Positions 14,600-26,094 of a DNA stretch of 64,000 nucleotides are shown here, piece after piece. The stretch lies in the NCBI RefSeq assembly GCF_004010195.1, contig NC_057719.1, positions 77,255,339-77,319,338 of the forward strand, read 5' to 3'. Each line of letters opens with the position of its first letter. Position 1 is the stretch's first letter. Below the pieces are notes generated by a model. That model had not been told where the DNA came from. It saw only the letters and a list, made by a program, of their open reading frames with translations, and did no database searches. A program made the translations under genes and the position numbers. This DNA comes from Chiloscyllium plagiosum (taxonomy: Eukaryota).

Positions 14600-14725
14600 C
14601 TGCTGCATGAGATGATCCAACCATTCTGCCACGTATTAGTCCTTCTCGCATTACATTCCTTATTAGTTTCACTTTTTTAAGTTGGTTGTTGTCAATGTAC
14701 TTCTCAAGTTCATCTTTTAATTCAA
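14600..14725 (-). CDS. GALNT11: GALNT11 coding exon 4 (126 nt)
   Basis: [42 protein letters not shown]. Acceptor TCCAG, donor GTATGG. Confidence 0.96.
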
Positions 14726-15000
14726 CTGGATATAGAAAACAAAGCATAATAAATTTGGGTGGGGAGGGATAAATGAAGACAAAGCAAACTTAAAAAGTCC
14801 TACTTTTACCAGCCAAGAGGTTTTAAAGCAAAAAAAAACCAAAACAAATTCAAGAGCAGATTTTACAAGATCAGAATAGTATATGAAGAAATCAATGCGA
14901 CAATAGACATTTTAGATATTTATTATTTACTTTTTAAAAAAAAATAAAAAGAGAATAAGGAAAAAAGCTGGAGGCCAGAAAAGAAAAAAAAATTACATAC

Positions 15001-15167
15001 TGAAATCACTCCTGTCATCCACCAGGATAATTTCATGTAATAAGTATGCAGGCGTGCGATCCAGGATGCTGTGAACTGTCCGAAGCAGTGCTGATATTGC
15101 TTCATTATAAAAGCATATAATAACACTAGCAGATGGCAAATCGGCAGGGTAGCTTTTCTCTTTACAT
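15001..15167 (-). CDS. GALNT11: GALNT11 coding exon 3 (167 nt), start of GT-A domain
   Basis: Manual translation [55 protein letters not shown] (not in the ORF track). Acceptor TTATAG, donor GTATGT. Confidence 0.96.
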
Positions 15168-15732
15168 CTATAATAGAAGACAGCTTACAATAAAACTAAC
15201 ATTTTCCCAGAATTCACTGCAATGTTTAGTTGAATAAAACTGGTAGCTACTTTCATAAAACACATTCTTCGAGTGTAAATATAATTCCTCGGAATGTATT
15301 AGCAGTTCCTGGACATTTCTGTATCCATGAAAGCAGCAAAATAAACTGTACTGATTTAAACTTTGCTGAAGAAAATATCTAATCTGTAAAGATTAAATGG
15401 AGAGAAAAACAAGCAGCTTTATTAAAAAGTGCAATGACAAAAAAAAAAATTCCACTTCCCACTAATCACTTGTCTTGAAGATTTCTGGAATTTCAGATAA
15501 TGGAAACAAGTTCAACTTTGAGGTGACCTAAGCTTTAACCCCACTAGAATGAGGAAGTTAGCCACCAAGGACAAAGAACATGACTTTGCCCTCCACCTCG
15601 ACCCCCAATATCCAGGTCATTGTATTTAAAAATCAATTTTTCAAAACAAGTCAATATTTTGAAAAAAAATGCTCTTGCACCATGTATAACTCAATGCAGA
15701 TTCTTTCATATTTTTGAAAAGGCAGGACTTGC

Positions 15733-15856
15733 TTTGGATCTCTGGTATCAGGAATATCCCGATGATAACCTAAACGATTACTGATAAGCACGTTAAAAGC
15801 ATGTTTCTGGTATCCCATATCCCGAATCTCCTGATCAGCTTCATTGAAAATCCTTC
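15733..15856 (-). CDS. GALNT11: GALNT11 coding exon 2 (124 nt)
   Basis: [42 protein letters not shown]. Acceptor TTTTCAG; donor is the non-canonical GCAAGT. Confidence 0.93.
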
Positions 15857-16465
15857 CTGAAAAGTAAGGAGATTTCACTTTAGTAAAATCCTAGAGCAAA
15901 AGTTATTTCATTTCTGAAATGTTTAAATACTTGACTAAGAGTCATACAACAAAAAAAAAAGCCTTAAAAATTCTGTTTTGAAAAAGTGTTTCAAATTCTT
16001 TCAAAAGTAGCCATTTTGACAAAGCTCAGTTCACTAATGTTACACTTTATGAAAACCAACAATACTCAACCTTAAGACATTACAATCTTGTCTCAGTACA
16101 TTCTACTGCTGCGTAAGACCAGTGTGTTCCTGGTCAAAGTAAAGGAAAATTGTTACTATACTCCCAAGCTGATACCAAATGGATTGGCACATTCCAGAAG
16201 TATCAGTCAGAGACTACGCAACACTTTAAATTATTGAATGTTGTTTGTTTCATGTCTCAAGATGTCTCTCCTCCACTTCACACTGGTTTCTATTCTCCAC
16301 AGAAAATAATTCAAGATACAAATGTTTTTTTTAAAAACATCTATTTTGCATAAAAAGTGCCCAAACATGTAAAACAAAAAGACACCAAGCTATACCAGCT
16401 TGCCATCAATATACCTGCAATTACTACATTTGAAGAATTCAGTTCGAGAGAAAACGATTACTCAC

Positions 16466-16736
16466 CCAACTCAGGAGACAGCTCAATTTCTTTCAATTCT
16501 TTATTAATGGGTTTTATAAACGGAGTACCATGTTGCTGAAATTCAGGAAGCCATTTATGACTTTGTATTACTGGAGGCTGAAATTTCTGTGCTACTCCTG
16601 GATTCCCCTGGAAGGGCACATTACTGAAAGTATATTTTTCCCAATTTAGATTGAAATAGATGAACAGGAGAAATGTCCAAAGCAACGAAGAAAAAAGGCA
16701 TCCATAACAGAAATAGTGGAACCTGATACTACCCAT
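16466..16736 (-). CDS. GALNT11: GALNT11 first coding exon (exon spans 16466-16774 including 38 nt of 5'UTR): cytoplasmic tail, TM anchor, stem
   Basis: MGSIRFHYFCYGCLFSSLLWTFLLFIYFN resembles the GALNT11 N-terminus (YFCYGCLF..W..LLF.YFN). Acceptor TTTCAG before 16774, donor GTGAGT after 16466 (phase 1). ATG in ATCATGG context. Confidence 0.95.
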
Positions 16737-17559
16737 GATAGTCCTAGCATTGTCAGAGGCCCATTCTTCTTACCCTGAAAGTGATAAAACAAAAATCGCT
16801 CATTCAGAATAAAATCAGTAAATGTCACATCCACTGAAATATGCATAAGCAACTAGAAGCTACAGGCAAAAAAAAATCCTCCATTAAAAAGATTAACTCA
16901 AAGGAGTTTTTGCTGATCAAGCAAAGAGATTAGGGATGCTAGAATTATCACTAGAGGAGGCGCGTTTAAAAATTTTGATAATTTGTACGAGTAAGACAAG
17001 AAACAATTATTGACCCTATTGCCGTGAGAAACTAAGTTTCTGAGAATCTTTAAGGCACGTTCTGCTTTTAAAAAAAGGGAAGTAGGACAACTTTTTGAAT
17101 AGCTCTTTCAGAAACAACCAAGACAAACATGAAGACATGTTGTATGCTTCCAAGTTTTCTTATGTCAGAAAATTTCCCTGAAATTCCAGAAAAGTTAATC
17201 TTACAGGTTGCACATTAGATAAGTGTAAACATTTGAATTCAGCGCAGAGTTTTAAAGCAAGCTTTTCACTACATTCACCCCATTTATTAACATGAAGATG
17301 CAAATTTATTGTAAATAGGAAACATCTATGCTTCAAAAAACATTTAAAAATAAAATGGAGACAAATCTCTAAATTCAAAGGAAAGGGGATTCTCCCAACA
17401 TGTTGAACAAAAATCAAACCCTTCAATTAATAACAATGAAGCAGATTTTTACTTATTTATCTGAACACTGATAGGACATTTTCACTCTTGGCACAAACTC
17501 ACTGCCCTCACTGCAGTTACTAAGAATTTTCCACTGGTTGGCTGCTCTATTATTAATTC

Positions 17560-18430
17560 CATAAGATCAAAAGATGCAGGAGCAGAATTAGGCCATTTCA
17601 CCTAGTGAGTCTGTTCCACCATTTGATTATGGCCAATATTTCTCAACCCCATTTTCCTGCTTTCTCTTGGTAAGCAACAATGTCTTCATTAAGAGTCTGT
17701 CAATCACTGTCTAAAGTACACTCAATGACCTGGCCTCCAGCTTTTGCAGCAATGAGTTCCACAAATACACCACCTTCTGATAAAATTCAGAATCACTTCC
17801 ATTCTAAAGGGTCATTCCTTCATTCTGAGACTGTGCCTCTAAGGTCTTAGCCTCTCCTACCAGTGGATACATATTCTTCACATTCACTATCCAGGCTTCT
17901 CTGTATTTTGAGAGTTTTAACAAGATCCACCCCCTCCTCCTAAACCCCATTGAATATAGACTCAGGTTCCTCAACTGCCACTCTCATCCCAGAATCACTC
18001 TTGTGAACCTCCTCTGGCTATCCTCCAAAACTAGCCTAGTTTTCCTTCAATAAAGGAACCCAAAAAATACTTAGTGTTCCAAATCCAATCTGGCCAGAGT
18101 CTACTACAACCTCAGCACCACATCCCTGCTCTTGTATTCTAATCCTCAGAATAAATACTGCCATTGAATTTGCCTTCCAAATGGAACCTGAATGTTAACC
18201 TTAAGCATATCCTTAACTAAGGCTCCCAAATACCTTTCTGCTTCAGATTTCTAAAGCCTTTCCTCTCTAAAAAAGTCTACAATTATTCTGCCAGTAAAAG
18301 TGCATTATCTTAATGCTCTACATTGGGTTCCATCCACCACTTTGTCCATTCTCCTAACCTGTTCAAGTCCTTCTACAGCCTCCCTACTGCATCAACACTA
18401 CTGCTCCCTCCAACTATATTTGTCTCATCT
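17560..18430 (-). mobile_element. Old CR1 LINE 3' fragment in intron 1
   Basis: ATAAGA..GGAGCAGAATTAGGCCATT tail and decayed RT C-terminal sequence; homologous to 35815/42047 and 54395. Confidence 0.75.
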
Positions 18431-19188
18431 GTTCCGATGAATGCTATAAGACAGATAAAATATATGCTTCTCTGATTATTTTTAAGAACCCTATGCACTT
18501 GTAGATTTTGATAATTCAAAGTAAAGTAGAAAAGAGAAAATCTTGGAAGGGTCACAATGGAAAATAATCTCATCTGGGCATCAACACATTCATATTCAAC
18601 TTAAAGTTGTATCAGCGTCTGTCAAACAGACCTGACATTAATATTTGTTAATATTCACTTTAGGACACCATCTTCAAAAATAAGTATTCAAATCCTTTTT
18701 AAGCCAGCAAGATAACATTAGCAATGATGCTTAATTAAACCCTTTAGCCTTGCATGGGGCTAGCTAATTACATCAAATGATTACAACACTTTTATCCACC
18801 CTATTCCCTCAACAGACTAAAACATAGTGAAGAGCAGCGAGAAGGAACCGGAAAACCTGCAGGCTGAAAGACCACTCGATAGTGCCTTGAAAGAATGCTC
18901 AAAATCTTCTAAGAACAAACACTGAGGAGGTAGGAGTCACCAGCAACTACAGGGAGCATGCATGACTGGGGAGCCGTGCCCACACGCAGAGCGCGAGCGT
19001 GGCCACGAGGGACTCTTAACTAACCCACCTGTACCCACTGATTCCAGGGATGCTCCCCGCTCCGCCTTTTATACCGACCACGGAACAATTAGTGCGCAAG
19101 CGCTGGGTTCCAACTGAATCAGCTCGCGCCGAACCCCCATTCCACCAGATTTCAGCGGAATCGCCAGCGTTGTCCTCGCGCCACTCAC

Positions 19189-19330
19189 CCACTCTTCTCT
19201 CAATAATGAGGGGCCACAGACGCGAACCCCGCACCCGCCTCGCCGGTCAACCCTTTGGCTGGCTAGCGTTTTTCTTTGCCCGCCTCTGCTTCACCGTGGG
19301 GACGGGACAGCCGTCAATAAGCCGGTGTAT
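19189..19330 (-). other. GALNT11: Probable non-coding exon 1 of GALNT11 (5' end/TSS uncertain)
   Basis: Strong minus-strand donor GG|GTGAGT at 19188-19183 inside the CpG island. The first coding exon begins with a splice acceptor, so an upstream exon is required. Confidence 0.55.
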
Positions 19331-19363
19331 GCTGGGTGAGCCGGGAGGGCCAAGGCGTGAGGT

Positions 19364-19579
19364 CGATTGACAGTCGCTGGGGGCGGGGCACGATGTTGAT
19401 CATTTCCAAACGCTCGGGGCGGGGCGAACGATCAGTGATTGTCAGCGGCTCTGGGCGGGGTCAGAGGTACGTGATTGTGAGGCGCTTGGGGCGGGGCGAC
19501 TGATTGGTGATTGTCAGTCGTTCGGAGAGCTGCGTTCGATCGGTGATTGACAGGCGCTTGGGGAGGGGCGTTCGGTTAT
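19364..19579. repeat. Degenerate 6 x 36-bp tandem array of TGATTGACAG-like motif plus GC box
   Basis: TGATTGACAG-like 10-mers start at 19364, 19400, 19436, 19472, 19508, 19544. GC boxes start at 19380, 19416, 19452, 19488, 19524 (degenerate), 19560. Confidence 0.85.
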
Positions 19580-20071
19580 TGTAAGCCGGAATGTGCAGAT
19601 CGAAAAGACTTCGACAGAGGCATAAAGGTTACATTGCAAAGGGTGCGCTAGGCAGTTAGCAAGACCAATATTATTTGAGGCTAGAGAATCCATTCATCAG
19701 TCTAATAAAGACTGGGAAGAAGCTGTTCCTGATCCTGCTGGAGTTCAGGCTTGTGCATCTTCTGCCTGACTGAAGAGGTTGTGGGAGGTCATTACTGAGG
19801 TGCAATGGTTCTTTGGTGATGTTGGTAGCCTTTCCACAGAAGCGAGCCATGTTGATGGAGTCCATGGAGGAAGGTGGGCTTCTGTGATGGTCTGGGCTGT
19901 GCACGTCATCTTCTGTAGTTTCTTACGGTCCTGGGCAGAACAGTTGCCATACCTGGCCGTTATGCATCCAGACAGCATATTTTCTATTGTGCATCTGTAC
20001 AAGTTGGCGAGGGTCCTTGTGGACATGCCAAATGTTCTGAGCTGCCTGAGGAATAAGAGGTGTTGTGCCTT

Positions 20072-20612
20072 ATAGAGTCATAGAGATGTACAGCATGGAA
20101 ACAGACCCTTCGGTCCAACCTGTCCATGCGGAGCAGATATCCCAACCCAATCTAGTCCCACCTGCTAGCACCCGACCAATATCCCTCCAAACCATTCCTA
20201 TTCATATACCCATCCAAATGCCTCTTAAATGTTGCAATTGTACCAGCCTCCACCACATCCTTTGAGGAGAAAGTGAGGACTGCAGATGCTGGAGATCAGA
20301 GCTGAAAATGTGTTGCTGGAAAAGCGCAGCAGGTCAAGCAGCATCCAAGGAGCAGGAGAATCGACATTTTGGGCATGAGCCCTTCTTCAGGAAGGGCTTC
20401 TCCACCACCTCCTTTGGCAGCTCATTCCATAAACGTACCACCCTCTGCGTGAAAAAGTTGCCCCTTAGGTCTCTTTTATATCTTTCCCCTCTCACCGTAA
20501 ACTTATGCCCTCTAGTTCTGGACTCCCCGACCTCAGGGAAAGACTTTGTCTATTTATCCTATCCATGCCCCTCATAATTTTGTAAACCTCTATAAGGTCA
20601 CCCCTCAGCCTG
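20072..20612 (-). mobile_element. CR1 3' end nested in Rex1
   Basis: ATAGAGTCATAGAG tail and sequence homologous to 4990-5360. Confidence 0.88.
20265..20399 (-). mobile_element. Family A Penelope-derived insert nested in CR1
   Basis: 17-bp TSD CTCCACCAC(A/C)TCCTTTG at 20248-20264 and 20400-20416. Ends in the hairpin GCCCTTCTTCAGGAAGGGC. Confidence 0.82.
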
Positions 20613-21787
20613 AAGTCCAGAACAGGTGGTTGGTTATCATCACTCTGAGGAACTTGACACTCTCGATCCTCTCAACCTCAGTTCTGTTGATGTAGCTAGG
20701 GGAGTGTTTTCCACCTTTCTTTCTGAAGTCAATGATCAGTTCTTTAGTTTTGCCAACATTGAGAGAGAGAGGTTGTTCTCATTGCACCAAGTCACCAAAC
20801 CCTCTATCTAACTTCTGTGTTTTTGATTCATCATTTTTAGATATTTGTCCTGCTATGGTGGTGTTGTCAGCAAACTTGTAGATGGCATTCATTTAGAATT
20901 TGGCAACACAGTTGTGGGTGTACATGAAGCACAGTAGGGGATCTGAGGACATATCCTTGGAGGTCTCCAGTGTTGAATGTTATTGTGAAGGAGGTGCAGT
21001 TACTTATCTTTACTGATTACTGTCTGTGGGTCAGAAAGCTGAGGATCCAGTTGCAGTGGGCAGAGCTAAGACCAAGGACACAGAGTTTTGAGATCAGGTT
21101 GGAGGGGATGATGGTGTTGAAGGTGGAGCTGTTGTCAATGAGCAGGGGTCTGACGAAGATCTAACTTGCTCAGTATAACTATATCACTTAATTTTATCAG
21201 AACTCCCTAAATTCTCCCAATTATCAAAGTGGAGAGTTCCAGGCATTGAGGAATTGCCCTGCAGAATCTTCCAAATTCCTATTTTTAATTCCTTTAGTCT
21301 GCTATGATATGTGAGGCCATCATAACCAACTGGAATACTGCCTGCGTACACTGGCTCGTAGGATGCTCCCAGCTCCTCCTTTTATAATGACAGCAAAAGA
21401 GCGACTGCACAAGCATGATGCTCCAATTGAATCGATTGAATCAACTGGCTTAAGCATCACAAGTTATGATATCATAAGAACTTAGTCAGAGAACAGCTGA
21501 GGATATGGTCTCATTGTCTGTAGCATTTTGACCAGGTTTTCTGAAGATTGCTACTCTGGCCCAAGTTCCACATTTCGAGTACAAGATTCGGTAAAAGTTC
21601 CTTCAGACACATGAAACCATACTTCTATTCTACAGTTCTCTTGTAATACAGAGCTATCAGGTGAAAGTGGTCAGCTGCTGTGGTCTGGAAATTAAAGTCC
21701 TAAATCTCAGACAAACACAATATTTAATGAAGGAAAGTGACAGTTTTAGGTGCTGGGGTTTGGGGAGGTACAGTACCAGGTGAGTAG

Positions 21788-21983
21788 GGTAAAAGTGAGG
21801 ACTGCAGATGCAGGAAACCAGAGTTTAGATCAGTGTGGTGCTGGAAAGCACAGCAGGTCAGGCAACATCCGAGGAGATAACTCTCCACCCTGGAGGCTTC
21901 CTGCCTGTATTCCTGATGAAGGGCTTTTGCCCGAAACGTTGATTTTCCTGCTCCTCAGATGCTGCCTAACCTGCTGTGCTTTT
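21788..21983. mobile_element. Fold-back family A insert with intact hammerhead-like core
   Basis: TSD CCAGGTGAGTAG at 21776-21787 and 21984-21995. CTGATGAAGGGCTTTTGCCCGAAAC at 21913-21937. Confidence 0.82.
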
Positions 21984-23139
21984 CCAGGTGAGTAGCGTGC
22001 CAACTGGATAATTTACTAGGGTACCAGATGAATAGTTCCCCTCTGGATAGGTAGCAGGATGCCAGGTGGGTAGATGTCGAGTGGATAGGGTCATTGGTTC
22101 CATGGAATAGGGTGGCAAGATAAGTAGGGGAAGAGTTATTAGGGCAAAAGTGATTAGGGTAGGTTGGAGTGAATGGGTGAAATCAGGTCCATTGGGACAA
22201 GGAAAGGTTGGGCTGGATCCAGGAGTGGGATCTAGAGGTAGAGCGTTTGTGAGACAGGGAAAGGGGAGCATTGTATGGAAAGTAGTTACCAGGTCCAGAG
22301 AAGGAGGAGGAAGTAAGGGTTAAAGATGCTGAGTCTGGAGATGTGACAGGGGTGCGGGATAGGGTCCACTGGAGATGAAGGATGGTTGGGTAGGCTTCAG
22401 AAGAGGAGAAGGAACATCGAACAGGGGTGGCTCCTGTGTGGGCAAAGTGGCCTGGGTTGTTAGCGAGGGAAGGGAGGCCAGGTTTGGAGCGATGTATTGG
22501 GTCCAAAGCAGGATAAGTGGACACTGGATCCTGGAGGGAGAGGGAGGTTGCCATATCAGGGTAGAGGTGTGTAAGTGGTCTGAAGTGTAATGCTTGGGGG
22601 AAGTGCGGTGGGGAAGGATTTGTGAGATGAGCAAGGGTTCATTTGAGTAGTTACTAAGGATTTAGACTGTCAATTTAGTAGTCTAACTTTTCCTGAGTAA
22701 TTATTTACTTAAATAATATGTATGAAAGTCTTGACCTTAATATTTTTCAAATGGCAGAGCTAATGGTCAAACTAGTCACAATTAAAGTCCAGAAACAGCC
22801 AGTCATGGAACAACAGGTCACTTTGTTAAGGAACAACCAGTCCTGGAGCAACCAATAAAAGCAACAACAGCTGGAAGATTTCATCAGGTTCCATTCACTC
22901 ATGGCAGAACCCAAAGAGAACTCTAAATCCATTAGGTATGTGGGCATACAAAATTTATTTTATGCTGTTAACAAGGGACTGTGTCCAACAAGCTAGAATT
23001 GAATCAACAAATACAACAGGAACAGAAGAGGGACTCATCATGTCAAGATGATGTTGAAAGTTGGTCAAGCAAAAGGCTCAGTGGGTTTGCCATGAAAAAT
23101 AATACTTGAGCACTGATAGTAGTTTACAGTCATGCATGA

Positions 23140-24310
23140 CCTGCAGTATATGATGGAAGACCGATTATTCCAGCATTATTTTGTGGGAAGCTAGGGAAAT
23201 GATTTTTGGGCCTCTTGCTGAGATGTTTGTATCATCGAGTCACAGGTGAGGTGCCGGAAGACTGGAGGTTGGCAAACGTGGTGTCACTGTTTAAGAAGGG
23301 TGATAAGGACAAGCCAGGGAACTATAGACCAGTGAGTCTGACGTCGGTGGTGGGCATGTTGTTGGAGCGAATCCTGAGGGACAGGTTGTACATTTATTTG
23401 GAAAGGCAAAGACTGATTAGGGATAGTCAACATGGCTTTGTGTGTGGAACAGCATGTCTCACAAACTTGATTGAGGTTTTTTGAAGAAGTAACAAAGAGG
23501 ACTGATGAGGGCAGAGTGGGAGATGTGATCTATATGGACTTCAGTAAGGCATTCGACAAGGTTCCCCATGGGAGACTGATTAGCAAGGTTAGATCTCATG
23601 GAATCCAGGGAGAACTAGCCATTTGGATACAGAACTGGCTCAAACGTAGAAGACAGATGGTGGTCTTCCTATCGGAAAGATGTTGTGAAACTTGAAAGGG
23701 TTCAGAAAAGACTTACAAGGATATTGCCAGGGTTGGAGGATTTGAGCTATAGGGAGAGGCTAAACAGGCTGGGGCTGTTTTCCCTGGAGCGTCGGAGGCT
23801 GAGGGGTGACCTTATAGAGGTTTACAAAATTATGAGGGGCATGGATAGGAGAAATAGACACAGTCTTTTTCCTGGGGTCAGGGAGTCCAGAACTCGAGGG
23901 CATAGGTTTAAGGTGAGAGGGGAAAGATATAAAAGAGACCCAAGGGGCAACTTTTTCACACAGAGGGTGGTATGGGTATGGAATGAGCTGCCAGAGGAAG
24001 TGGTGGAGACTGGTACAATTGCAACATTTAAAAGGCATTTGGATGGGTATATGAATAGGAAGGGTTTGGAGGGATATGGGCCGGGTGCTGGCAGGTGGGA
24101 CTAGATTGGGTTGGGATATCTGGTCGGCATGGACGGGTTGGACCGAAGGGTTTGTTTCCATGTTGTACATCTCTATGACTCTATTTCTTGGAGAGAATAC
24201 ATAGGGTTTGCTTGGTGATTGCCAGTTTTAGAATCAGGCCTCAGTCAGTGATGGCCTAGGCTCTTCAAAAAAATTGAAAACTTCATATCCCATTGTGAAA
24301 CCTGCAGCTA
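23140..24310 (+). mobile_element. Highly decayed Gypsy integrase zinc-binding remnant, split by CR1
   Basis: YDGRPIIPA before the CR1; LERIHR...WP...KKIENFISHCETC after it (H2C2-like, frameshifted). Confidence 0.45.
23183..24184 (+). mobile_element. CR1 LINE 3' part with internal deletion of the RT core
   Basis: VPEDWRLANV, NYRPVSLTS, QHGF, MDFSKAFDKVPH, then a jump near 23665 to LERVQKR..LGLFSLERRRLRGDLIEVYKI. CTCTATGACTCTAT tail. Confidence 0.93.
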
Positions 24311-26094
24311 TACTGGATTGGCAGAAATATTTTCCATCGATATCAAAATAGTGTTCAGACTGCAAGGATCGACAAGGTTTGCAAATAAATATTTAGCAAC
24401 CACATAGCCAATAAGCAGTGTTCCCCACTTGAGCTCATTGATTCATCTTTAACAGAAGAAACATAGACTGAAATACAGCTTGGTAAACAAATATGTATGG
24501 CAGATTTAGGTCTGATATCAGACGTTGCATTGGCTCAGAATACATAAGTTCCAAGAGAGAATTTCATTTTTTTTTCCTTATTGAATAGTGACAGAAGTCA
24601 AGCCATGCAAGAAGCAATCCTTAAATTTCAAGTAGCAGGCCTAAGGAATTGCATATGGCGGTTCCATCAATATTACAATGACTGGGGCCTAATGAGATTC
24701 TCCAAGTTATTCAACAAATTGAAGTAAAGAGTCTACATGTTTCAAACAGAGTTGCTTATAGATTGAGAATAAAAATCTCCTACCATGATGAAAAATGTGC
24801 AAACAACTCATGGGAACCACCACTGAGAAGGGACAAACTATGTTGAGATGCAGGATATGATCCCTTGCTCAGTCATCCAGGATACTGCAAAGATTAAACT
24901 GTGAGCTTCAACAGGATTGCCACCTTCAAATGAAGGAAGTGTGAGATTAAATTTCTCCCAAATGTTGCAATGGAGCAATTGCTCATTTGAGAAGGAAACA
25001 ACACCTCATCTGCATGGAATAAAAGTCATCAAATTTAAAAGGGACTCTCAACTCTCACATTCAGGAACCGACCCCATGTTGACAATTTTCAATTCTGAAA
25101 GCAATCGATCTTCCCAGTCCGAAGACAAAACATTCTGGGAGAATAGTATAACTTCTAAACTTCCTGAATTTGTAAAGTCGAAGACTTGGTTAGGAGAAAT
25201 GGGATAGTGGTAATTGTAATTATGTACACACATGTATATTTTAATAATGAGGCAAAAAAAAGTCTTGGAAAGAAATGTTGTATAACAGTCTGAGCACTGT
25301 TACTGGTGATGCCTTCAGTTCCAACAGGTGATTATTACATTGGTTATATGGCACAAAAACAGACTACTCAGCCCAAATAGTCCATGCCAATGTTTATGCA
25401 CCACTCAAGCCTCATCCTTTCATCATCTAAATCAGAAATACACCTACATTACTTAACTTCAACCACTACCTAAGGTAGTGAGTTCCCCAATCTGAGTACT
25501 TAAGAACTATCTCTTTAATTCCCTATTGTAAGTCTCAGTAACTATTTTATACTGATAACCTTTTAGTTATGCTCTTTTCCCCAAAAAAACCTCTTTATAC
25601 CCATTCCATCAGCCTGTTATCTCAAGAGAAGAGATTCAGGCAGCCTGTCAGTCCTTGACCGATTTGTGTACCCATGCATTTCTAGTAGCGTTGTAAATGT
25701 TCTCTGCACTCCCTCTGCTCCTGATACCCATTTTATAATTCACTCTGTATTTATGGTCTGTAAGATTTGATACAGATTCAGAAGAACTTCCTTACTTTTT
25801 CAGTTCTATGTGTCAATAAACAAAAACTAGTGTTTTGTTTTAAAATAGCCTCGTTCACCTTTGGCACATGACTGATGGTTTGTTCTGAAATCCCTTTATT
25901 TTCTTTACTGCACCTAGACTTGTACCTTCCAAAAGTAATAAATAACTTTCCAGTTTTCCTCCTTCCTTTTAAGTTTCAATTTAATGTTATGATGTTGTTA
26001 CCTTTTAATATGAGGAACAAAATAAATAAGATAATTTGAGTGAACTGTAGAAACTAAAGGAAGATTTATTTAATACTTTTTAAAACCATTGGAT

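Larger units (their letters stand above)
18950..19620. promoter_or_regulatory. CpG island / GALNT11 promoter
   Basis: Only CpG-dense, GC-rich non-TE segment in an AT-rich, CpG-depleted window. Contains multiple GGGGCGGGGC boxes, ATTGG (19503-19507) and an ETS-like CCGGAA (~19586). Confidence 0.85.
19660..21160 (-). mobile_element. Rex1/Babar-like LINE 3' part, split by a CR1 insertion
   Basis: LANLYRCTIENMLSGCITARYGNCSAQDRKKLQ (Rex1 C-terminus). KFADNTT-coding sequence near 20860-20880. Confidence 0.75.

Noticed and set aside
19016..19370. ORFs in the CpG island
   Set aside because: Expected from GC richness; no homology recognised, and the GALNT11 ATG is at 16736.
19364..19579. CRISPR-like array
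   Set aside because: Eukaryotic context, degenerate tandem units without unique spacers, and no cas genes.
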